The notes under the pieces are model-generated. The model did not search any database and was not told where the DNA came from. It worked only from the letters and a program-made list of their open reading frames with translations. The translations under genes were made by a program, and so were the position numbers. From an uncultured Pseudomonadota bacterium (GTDB taxonomy: Bacteria > Pseudomonadota > Alphaproteobacteria > Rs-D84), in contig CASEZC010000034.1 of NCBI GenBank assembly GCA_949292385.1, positions 1 to 42,454 of the forward strand: a stretch of DNA of 42,454 nt, in the 5' to 3' direction. This document shows positions 1 through 8,300 of the stretch, piece after piece. Each line of letters starts with the position of its first letter. The stretch's first letter is position 1.

Positions 1-1
1 C

Positions 2-78
2 TGGTCGGGGCGAAAGGATTCGAACCTTCGACACCTTGGTCCCAAACCAAGTACTCTACCAGACTGAGCTACACCCCG
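2..78 (-). tRNA. tRNA-Pro (anticodon TGG)
   Basis: Reverse complement CGGGGTGTAGCTCAGTCTGGTAGAGTACTTGGTTTGGGACCAAGGTGTCGAAGGTTCGAATCCTTTCGCCCCGACCA: acceptor stem, D arm, anticodon arm CTTGG-TTTGGGA-CCAAG, GTTCGAATC T-loop, encoded CCA. Confidence 0.97.
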
Positions 79-89
79 AAACGAACAGT

Positions 90-117
90 ATTATAACAAC
101 TTTTTTTTTAAATGCAA
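90..117 (-). promoter_or_regulatory. sigma70-like promoter for tRNA-Pro
   Basis: Minus strand TTGCAT-16 nt-TATAAT with extended -10 (TGtTATAAT), 11 nt upstream of the tRNA. Confidence 0.7.
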
Positions 118-138
118 ATTTTTTTATTAATTTTATGC

Positions 139-167
139 TTGTTTATGTCTAACAAAATTTTTACAAT
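139..167 (+). promoter_or_regulatory. sigma70-like promoter, probably leaderless transcript
   Basis: TTGTTT-17 nt-TACAAT ending 6 nt before ATG 174; no Shine-Dalgarno (SD) sequence. Confidence 0.5.
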
Positions 168-173
168 ACAATT

Positions 174-1175
174 ATGTTAGAAAAACTTAAATTTTTTATC
201 GTTATGACCGCGTTCATATTAACTCCTTTTTGGGCTTTCGCGGTAAATACTCCTTCTAATTATATGAATGCAAACGCATACAACAATTTATACCCTTATA
301 TGAATAACACTATGCGTACTAGTCTTAATCCAGGAACTACGCCATCTCGTTCAAACGCTCAAATAAACGTTTTAACCAGGACTAAAACGACAAATAATAC
401 TCAAACAAGAAACGTTGTACCAAGATCCGCAACAACTTCAAACGCAAGTACAACTGCACGTAGCGCAAACAACTCTTCAACAACAGCACGTGCTGCAACA
501 TCGCAATCGAATACTGTTCGGGCAGCTACTACAAACACAAATTCTACAAGACGAGTTGTCGCACGCGCTGGGACAACAACGAACATGCAACCCGCAACAA
601 GAACAGTGCGAGGAGACGCAACGACAACGCAAACCAATAAAAATTCATCAGGTACCGCAGCATATGTAACGACAACAGGAACTTCCGTAAGCTCCGCACG
701 CTGTATGGCAGACTATATAGAATGTATGAATGGATATTGCGAACGAGAAGATGCCGCTTATAACCGTTGTTACTGCAGCTCTAAACTGGCGCAAATTGAC
801 GCGACATACCAACCTGAAATAGACAGACTTATAAAAGAAATTATAAAACTTCAGAGTACAAACAAGTGGACAGAAGAAGAAATGAATGAATACTGGATGG
901 AAATGATAGGGAAATACACTGGCGATAATTCGTGGGTAAATCTTGATGAAGCACTTGACATCGACTGGGCAAGCACAGAAAGCAGAGTCCGCGGACAACA
1001 AGCATTTACAACAGGTCATACTTATTGCATGCAGCATCTAAGAGCATGCGCATATATGGCAACCAATCTTCGAGATGCATATCGTTCTGAAATATCGCGT
1101 GATTGCAGTACGTATGAAAATTCTTTACAAAAAATAAAAAATGCAGCAGAAAGTATAGTGGAGGCTTATAAATGA
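174..1175 (+). CDS. Exported hypothetical protein with Thr/Ser/Arg-rich linker and Cys-rich helical C-terminal domain
   Basis: 333-aa ORF; signal peptide ending AFA; repeated R(S/A)A(T/N) motifs; CMADYIECMNGYC...RCYCS; stop overlaps the next start (ATGA). Confidence 0.8.
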   Translation: MLEKLKFFIVMTAFILTPFWAFAVNTPSNYMNANAYNNLYPYMNNTMRTSLNPGTTPSRSNAQINVLTRTKTTNNTQTRNVVPRSATTSNASTTARSANNSSTTARAATSQSNTVRAATTNTNSTRRVVARAGTTTNMQPATRTVRGDATTTQTNKNSSGTAAYVTTTGTSVSSARCMADYIECMNGYCEREDAAYNRCYCSSKLAQIDATYQPEIDRLIKEIIKLQSTNKWTEEEMNEYWMEMIGKYTGDNSWVNLDEALDIDWASTESRVRGQQAFTTGHTYCMQHLRACAYMATNLRDAYRSEISRDCSTYENSLQKIKNAAESIVEAYK

Positions 1176-2005
1176 AAAAACTTATGGGTGTTGAATATGG
1201 TCGCGGTGCAACCGCACAAATCGTAGAAGGAGGACCTGCGCTTGCCCCAAGAGCTGTAAAAAACATATTCCCAGAAAATGATTGGTCTATTATAACAGCA
1301 GATCCGGTTTCTAAAGAAGAATGTCTTGCCGATAGATTCGGAGAAAATTACAAAATACAACAAAAAATTTATTCCAACACACCAAAAGCGCCTCATGTTT
1401 TAATTGGTGGGGACCATTCTGTAAATTTTGGACATTTTTCAGCACTGGCAGATAACGCGCTAGACAAGGATATATGTTTAGTATACATAGACGCACACCT
1501 TGATATACATACACCCGAATCATCCAAAGCAGAAGCATCTGGTGCACCACACGGTACAAACGTCCGTGCGTTATTAGGCGAAGGAGATAAAAGATGGCTG
1601 TCTTTACAGAATAAAACCCCTGCCCTAAAGCCTGAAAACGTTTTTTACTTGGCAACACGTTCATATGAAAATTCGGAAATAAATTTTGTACGCGATAACA
1701 ACATATTTTGTCGCGCGGCAAAAGATTTAAAAACTAAACCAGATTGGGAAAATGCAGTAAAAGAGATAAAAGAAAAGATTAATAATCGTCCATTTATTGT
1801 ATCTTTTGACTTTGACGCCTTGGACCCATATATTTTTAACGAAGTCTTGGTGCCAGAGCCGAACGGCATATCATTAGAGGCCGCAAAATATTTTTTAAAT
1901 GAATTTAAAGACGCTTTAAGTTTTGAATTCGTAGAATACGCTCCAAACGGCGACAAAAATTGTGAAGAAGTTGCAAAGCAGCTTATATCTATTTCCTTAG
2001 AATAG
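1172..2005 (+). CDS. Arginase/ureohydrolase family protein
   Basis: GGDHS, DAHLD, SGAPHG and DFDALDP metal-binding motifs. Confidence 0.9.
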   Translation: MKKLMGVEYGRGATAQIVEGGPALAPRAVKNIFPENDWSIITADPVSKEECLADRFGENYKIQQKIYSNTPKAPHVLIGGDHSVNFGHFSALADNALDKDICLVYIDAHLDIHTPESSKAEASGAPHGTNVRALLGEGDKRWLSLQNKTPALKPENVFYLATRSYENSEINFVRDNNIFCRAAKDLKTKPDWENAVKEIKEKINNRPFIVSFDFDALDPYIFNEVLVPEPNGISLEAAKYFLNEFKDALSFEFVEYAPNGDKNCEEVAKQLISISLE

Positions 2006-2006
2006 A

Positions 2007-2948
2007 TTATCTTTCATAGAAATATTTTGTGAAATAAGCATCCATTTTTGGCGAACAACCGTTAAACGCAAAGTAATAGAATGCCAAAGAGGATGCTTTT
2101 TCTAGAATTTTTTTATCTTGATAATTATAATCACTGAAAAATACTTTATGCAATTCTTCTATATTTTCTGATTCTGTAAGAGTTAGTATTTTTCTATATA
2201 ACTTTCTTACTCGATAAGATGCCGAACCATAAACGGTCCTGTAAGTATCACCAAAATCTATTCTTTTACCCTGACGAAAGTTTCTATCAGAACACTCGTT
2301 TTCATGCATATCAAAAATTTCGTTTTTGTTGCAATTATAAAGTCCATCTTTGTTGTCTCCTGCCCACTTTGAAAGAATATAAATAGGCCCAGAAAAAGAC
2401 GCCATATAAACTTTATTATTATTTTTAGGTTCTGCTTTATACGCGTTTATAGCAACCGGCACCTCAAAAAACGCACCATTTCGTCTAAAATATTTCGCGT
2501 CGGTATAAAAGATTTTTAAAGCGTAATTCGCGTTCAACTTTGGGAAAGACATTTTACATACAAAAGCAAAAGCACCACGCCATTCGCCTAATAACAAACC
2601 TTTTGAAAGTACCTGACATTCTGTATCAAACAAATCGCCAATAGAACTAACATCGAATTTGCAATCTTCAAAAGAATCCCGCATTTTACCGTATTTATTA
2701 ATTATAAAAAAATCCAAAGAATCCCTAAATTTTTTTGTAATCTTTGAAATATCTCGCTTATTTTTGCAGGCTCTTATCAATTCTGGCGGCAAACATCCAA
2801 TATATGGAGAAACATAACAATCTTCTAAAACCTTGGATATTGTCTTAGGTTCAGAAATCCAATGTTTACGAAACCAATGAGTAAGCGAAACATGCTTACA
2901 CAGGTTAGAATCACTATCATCACAAAAAAAACTATCTTTAACTTCCAT
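2007..2948 (-). CDS. Hypothetical protein with divergent protein-kinase-like fold
   Basis: RGAFAFVCK (Gly-loop-like), YALKIF (beta3 Lys), FFEV, YILSKW, ECSDRN, RIDFGD in kinase order. Start placed at ATG 2948 because a promoter covers the track's TTG start at 2987. Confidence 0.6.
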   Translation of the reverse strand: MEVKDSFFCDDSDSNLCKHVSLTHWFRKHWISEPKTISKVLEDCYVSPYIGCLPPELIRACKNKRDISKITKKFRDSLDFFIINKYGKMRDSFEDCKFDVSSIGDLFDTECQVLSKGLLLGEWRGAFAFVCKMSFPKLNANYALKIFYTDAKYFRRNGAFFEVPVAINAYKAEPKNNNKVYMASFSGPIYILSKWAGDNKDGLYNCNKNEIFDMHENECSDRNFRQGKRIDFGDTYRTVYGSASYRVRKLYRKILTLTESENIEELHKVFFSDYNYQDKKILEKASSLAFYYFAFNGCSPKMDAYFTKYFYER

Positions 2949-2958
2949 AACAGACACC

Positions 2959-2987
2959 ATAATATAGCCTATATGGTATTTTGTCAA
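2959..2987 (-). promoter_or_regulatory. sigma70-like promoter of the kinase-like gene
   Basis: Minus strand TTGACA-17 nt-TATTAT; the -35 overlaps the stop codon of the upstream lipoprotein gene. Confidence 0.6.
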
Positions 2988-3169
2988 TTATTTTCACATA
3001 ATATATTATTTCTATAAATATTTCTTGCCAAATCATCACTTATAACGTTCCAATCGTTTTCGTGACCATATATAATTGTACAAGGCCGGCAAACATTAAT
3101 CGACGATTGTGTATTTCTGGCGCAAGATGCTACGAATATCGTGCAAGCCAGTACTAAAAACTTTTTCAT
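2984..3169 (-). CDS. Small lipoprotein, Rz1/o-spanin-like
   Basis: 61 aa; MKK plus hydrophobic stretch plus lipobox VAS-C; further Cys; start lies 74 nt inside the upstream gene with internal SD (AGGAAAGAGGTAG-ATG). Confidence 0.6.
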   Translation of the reverse strand: MKKFLVLACTIFVASCARNTQSSINVCRPCTIIYGHENDWNVISDDLARNIYRNNILCENN

Positions 3170-3335
3170 CTACCTCTTTCCTTTTATTTTCATAAATAGT
3201 TTGATTATCCTTTATATTTTCTATTGTTTTTTCGGCAAATTCTTCTTTGCATTTTGCATTTCCACGGAATTCGCCAGCTAAAAAGCACAAAAATAAAGCC
3301 AGACAAATAAGTCCGACAAGATAAAATTTATACAT
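3096..3335 (-). CDS. Small membrane-anchored helical protein, Rz/i-spanin-like
   Basis: 79 aa; N-terminal TM then G..RG..C and a charged helical region; AAGG SD; overlaps the lipoprotein gene in another frame. Confidence 0.6.
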   Translation of the reverse strand: MYKFYLVGLICLALFLCFLAGEFRGNAKCKEEFAEKTIENIKDNQTIYENKRKEVDEKVFSTGLHDIRSILRQKYTIVD

Positions 3336-3356
3336 AATAAAAACCTTTAAAAAATT

Positions 3357-3384
3357 AAAAAGCCCTCTTTTTCGAGGGCTTTTT
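3357..3384. terminator. Intrinsic terminator downstream of rho
   Basis: AAAAAGCCCTC-TTTTTC-GAGGGCTTTTT inverted repeat right after the rho stop. Confidence 0.85.
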
Positions 3385-3385
3385 A

Positions 3386-4654
3386 TTACTGATTCATAGA
3401 AGTAAAAAAGTCAGCATTTGTCTTTGTTAAACGCAATTTATCTAACAAGAACTCCATAGCTTCCAAAGTTCCCATCGGATTTATAATTCTGCGTAGAACA
3501 TACATCTTTGCCAACGTATCTTTTCCAACTAATAAGTCTTCTTTACGTGTGCCAGACTTAGTTATATCAATTGCAGGATAAACACGTTTATCTGACAGCT
3601 TTCTGTCTAAAATAATTTCACTGTTTCCTGTACCTTTAAATTCTTCAAATATAACTTCGTCCATCTTTGACCCTGTATCTACCAATGCAGTTGCAATAAT
3701 GGTCAAAGAACCGCCACCTTCGATATTACGAGCAGCACCAAAGAAACGTTTTGGTCTTTGTAACGCATATGCGTCAACTCCACCTGTTAAAACTTTACCA
3801 CTACTTGGAACAACTGTATTATACGCACGCCCCAAACGAGTAATAGAATCTAATAAAATCACAACATCCTGCCCTGCTTCAACTAATCGTTTTGCCTTTT
3901 CTATTACCATTTCAGCAACTTGTATATGGCGCGCCGCAGGTTCATCAAAAGTAGAAGAAATTACTTCGCCCTTTACACTGCGCTGCATATCAGTAACTTC
4001 TTCTGGACGTTCGTCTATCAATAAAACGATTAATTTTACATCAGGATAATTTGTTGCGATAGAATGGGCTATATTTTGCAACATAACCGTTTTACCTGTA
4101 CGTGGAGGCGCTACTATCAAAGAACGCTGTCCTTTACCCGTAGGTGCAATCAAATCAATAACACGAGCAGACAAACTACGTCCCTTGTCTTTATCGCCTT
4201 CTACTTCCATTTTCAACATTTCATCTGGATAAAGAGGTGTCATATCATCAAAAGAAACGCGATGACGCAACTTTTCTGGATCACCACCATTAACGCGTTC
4301 TATTGTTTCCAAAGCGAAATAGCGCTCAGATTCATTTTGTGGTGCCTGAATTTGCCCCTCTATATAATCCCCTGTTTTCAAACCATATTTTTTTATCAAA
4401 CTAGGTGAAACATATAAATCATCAGGACCAGCCAAATAATTGCTTTCTGGTGCGCGCAAAAATCCGAAACCATCTTGCATACGTTCCAGAACGCCGTCAC
4501 CAATTAAAGTAACTTTTTTATCTGCTGCAAACACACGCATAACAGCAAATCTTAATTGCTGAACGTTTAACTGAGAAGGATTTTCTATCCCCATATCTTC
4601 AGCCATTTTTAATAACTGTTGTGGCGTTTTTGCCTTTAACTCATTAATATGCAT
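3386..4654 (-). CDS. rho: Transcription termination factor Rho
   Basis: [46 protein letters not shown] motifs; 422 aa. Confidence 0.99.
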   Translation of the reverse strand: MHINELKAKTPQQLLKMAEDMGIENPSQLNVQQLRFAVMRVFAADKKVTLIGDGVLERMQDGFGFLRAPESNYLAGPDDLYVSPSLIKKYGLKTGDYIEGQIQAPQNESERYFALETIERVNGGDPEKLRHRVSFDDMTPLYPDEMLKMEVEGDKDKGRSLSARVIDLIAPTGKGQRSLIVAPPRTGKTVMLQNIAHSIATNYPDVKLIVLLIDERPEEVTDMQRSVKGEVISSTFDEPAARHIQVAEMVIEKAKRLVEAGQDVVILLDSITRLGRAYNTVVPSSGKVLTGGVDAYALQRPKRFFGAARNIEGGGSLTIIATALVDTGSKMDEVIFEEFKGTGNSEIILDRKLSDKRVYPAIDITKSGTRKEDLLVGKDTLAKMYVLRRIINPMGTLEAMEFLLDKLRLTKTNADFFTSMNQ

Positions 4655-4715
4655 AAATAATCCTTTTTGGGAAAAAGAACGTGAGAACTCACTTCTTCAC
4701 TAATCGACATCCATA

Positions 4716-4744
4716 ATTATATACTTTTTTTGTCAAAAAGTCAA
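4716..4744 (-). promoter_or_regulatory. rho promoter
   Basis: Minus strand TTGACT-17 nt-TATAAT. Confidence 0.75.
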
Positions 4745-4855
4745 TAAAATCATTATATAAGCCATATCAAAGTATTTGTATCTTATGTTTTCTCTTGCTT
4801 TTTTAAGTGTTTACTGGTCAAATATAAAAATATATAAAATAAACAAAAGGAAGCG

Positions 4856-5320
4856 ATGATGGCAGGCAGCATAAATAAAGTGATATTGGTCGGAAACGTT
4901 GGTCAAGACCCACAGGTCAGAACAATGCAAAGCGGACAAAAAGTAGTAAGTTTTTCTTTGGCAACATCTGACCGCTGGCGCGACAGACAGTCTGGTGAAC
5001 AAAAAGAACAGACAGAATGGCATCGTGTTGTTATTTTCAATCCAAACTTAGTTGACGTTGCAGAACGTATGTTACAAAAAGGAACTAAGTTATATCTAGA
5101 AGGTTCTTTACGTACAAGAAAATGGCAAAATCAACAAGGCGTAGATGTTTTTACAACAGAAGTTGTTCTTAACCCATATGCAGGCCAAATGGTTATATTA
5201 AGTGGCGCAAAGAATATAGACGGTTCTTCTATGGGCGGCGATTACTCTTCTGCAACTCCTGCCGCGCAACCACGCGAAGAAATATCTATATCTGATATAG
5301 GTGACGATATACCATTTTAA
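4856..5320 (+). CDS. ssb: Single-stranded DNA-binding protein
   Basis: AGSINKVILVGNVGQDP, TEWHRVV, EGSLRTRKW, C-terminal DDIPF. Confidence 0.98.
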   Translation: MMAGSINKVILVGNVGQDPQVRTMQSGQKVVSFSLATSDRWRDRQSGEQKEQTEWHRVVIFNPNLVDVAERMLQKGTKLYLEGSLRTRKWQNQQGVDVFTTEVVLNPYAGQMVILSGAKNIDGSSMGGDYSSATPAAQPREEISISDIGDDIPF

Positions 5321-5338
5321 TAGGTAATAAAAAAACAA

Positions 5339-5372
5339 AAAAATAAAAACCTCTTTCGAGGTTTTTATTTTT
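5339..5372. terminator. Bidirectional intrinsic terminator between ssb and the autotransporter
   Basis: AAAATAAAAACCTC-TTTC-GAGGTTTTTATTTT between convergent genes. Confidence 0.85.
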
Positions 5373-8300
5373 AGAATCTGTACGAACCAGAAACTTTTAT
5401 ATTATGTAACTGAATTACAGAATTATACTGATATCTATAATCCAATCCTACTTGTAACCCACTTGCAGACAGCATTTCTACACCACCACCAATATTTGCC
5501 CACAAAGGATTCAAATCTACGTCATAACTTGTATAAGAATTTGCCTGTGCAAACTTATATTGTACTTCATCTGGAGCTCCTAGAACATCATATTCAACAC
5601 CGATAGAAGCATATGGACGTATTTGGAACCAAGCAGAAGGATAAATACGCTTTTGTGCGATTAAGGAATACCCCGGCGTAAACATTAAATATCCGTCTGA
5701 CTCAAGATTCATATAATCTTGGTTATTTGCAGTTTCCTTTACAGAAAATCCAGTATTATATCCTGCACGAACGTATGCATTACCAACGATATACTGATTA
5801 AGCCAATCATGCATTAATCCCCATTCACTGGTCAAACTAAACGCGGTTCCAAAGCCTTCAATTGGCGCAACATAGTTTTGCGTACGAGAAACATCAAACA
5901 AATGTATATCCAAGAAAGCATTTCCATAGACACGCATTTTTTCGCTCAAGTTTTTCATTAAATAACCACCCAAGCCGATATTAGTGTCTGCAACGTTTAC
6001 ATCTACGCGACCAGAAATAACATTGTCAGCATAACTTAAATCTATATCATCAAAATTATCCGATGACATATTAGATATACGTCCTGTTAAACCTAATATC
6101 ATCGTTTCAGATGCCTGCCAATCGAAACCGCCTGAAACATTGAACCTATTTCCATAAACACGCTTGCCATCAGAAACATTTTGACTAAACATTCCAAAAT
6201 CAACATCCAGCCAAGCTTTTTTCAAATTACGGTTACGATTCCATATAAATTCATCAAACATACGGTCTTCAAAATAACGATAATTTGTATGGTCATTTAA
6301 TGCAATAGCTCCTGCAATTTGCTCTAATTCACGTGGTTGGAACAAACGAGTAAACTGTGTCAATTCGTAGCCGTTTTTATCCATAGCTTCACTATAATCT
6401 TCCATTCTGTTATACAGTTCCCACGCCATCTGTTCTAAATTAGACCCCGTAAAGATTTCTGGCAACAGTTCTATCATTGTACGATTATAGAAGCCTGCAC
6501 TTAACAATCTATCTGCAATCAAATTATCTATAGCATTCGCAGACGCATATTCACCCTTTGTGAAACCTTCTGTTGCTGCAACAATAGGTTGCAATTTGAA
6601 CACCTGTATAGGACCGCCAAACTGAGGGTCAAATACGACATATAAACTATCCATGATTCCATCACCGTCAGAGTCACGAACGGTTACATATGCCGGCAAA
6701 TCTTCGTCAGTTGCCCCATTATTAGGATTCAAAGTGTCTAAATAATTTATACAAATACTGCCATCAGCATTACAGAAACTAACATTTAAATTACGCAATT
6801 TCGCCAAATCATTGCTTTCTATAATGGAATTGCCCTCGCCTTCTGTATGCAATAACCATATAGCAGAGCCTTGATCTACAATATCATTTAACACCAAACC
6901 AATTTGTCCATTTTGCATTGGCGCATTAACGGCAGGATTTCCAAATTCAGATGCAGAATTAAATCCAGAAATAAAATCACCATTTACCGTAATTAAAGCT
7001 TCTGCTGTCCCATCACCTAAATTATTAGTAATTTTACCAAAATCTTCGCCTTCTGTCGTATTCACAGTTGCCCAATAATTCTTTTCAGAAGAACCAAAAA
7101 TATTAGCTAAAATACTACTGTTTTTATTGAAGGTATAATTACCATTAATGGTCATTTGATTCAAACCATTGAAAGCAACCCCACCAGAAACATCGCCATC
7201 AACAGTAACATTCATGCCTGTTTCATAGTTTGCTGCATTAAAGCTTATATTATCTGCAAAAATGCCGCCACCTATATCAAAACTATTTGCAGATATAGAA
7301 AAGTCTTTTGAGGTTATATTTATACCGCCTTCAGGTAAACTTCCTTTATAATTTTGATACAAAGCGGAATTTGTAACAAAATCAGCAGCAGATTTTAGTC
7401 CCTGCCCCGCTAAAGCAATAGTACCATTACTGCCGGCATCAAAATCATTTACATTTATAAAGCCGTTACCAGAATCTAATGATAAGCTGCCGGTATTATT
7501 AATGGTTCCAAAAGAAATACCATTTTCAGCCGTAAAACTTGCTGTACCAGCGTTCGTTAAGTCTGCTGCAGAAATGGCATTACCAGCAACCATGGCAATA
7601 CTTGCACCTTCAGAAACGTCCACATTTCCGCTAAAGCTTACATTATTAGAAACATCATACGTTGCGTTTCCTGAAATTGCCGAGAACGCCCCTGTAACAT
7701 CTAAATTATTAGCACTAAAATTAATATCAGATGCAATCAAATTAAATGTACCAGAAGTTCCACCTTGTACAAAATTTCCTGTATTTGTGAGACTTCCTAA
7801 AGTTATATCTGAAGAATTTAGAGAGATATTTCCGCCACTATTATTAACACCTGAAAAAGCAATTGTCTTTGCATTCGCTGTCAATGTTCCACTGTTAGTA
7901 ACGGTGTTATCAAATTCCATACTACCATTAACCGCAGAAACTGCCAAAGTACCGGAATTATTAACAAGCCCGAACAATTCGGCGTTTTCAGCAGAATTTA
8001 CATTAAGAGTATTACCACTGGCAATATTCATTCCCCCCGCCAAGTAAATTCCGTCAACTTCTGTAGTAAGATTTAACTCATTTGTTTCAGAAACTACTAA
8101 ACCTATTGTTGGATTAGAAGCATCAAACCAAACACCGTCTTCGATATTTATGCTGCCACTTGTTGCTGTAATCTGGCTGCCAGTTGCAATTATTTTACCA
8201 CCTGACAATTCTTGCAATGCACCAACATCCGTATCATCTGTAACAAATTTTACGCTCCCGCCATTGCTTGTAGAAACATTACCGGCAACATTTAACTTTT

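Noticed and set aside
2-3335. Prophage or island integrated at tRNA-Pro
   Set aside because: No integrase and no duplicated tRNA 3' end seen; the tRNA 3' side points out of the window, so that flank cannot be assessed.
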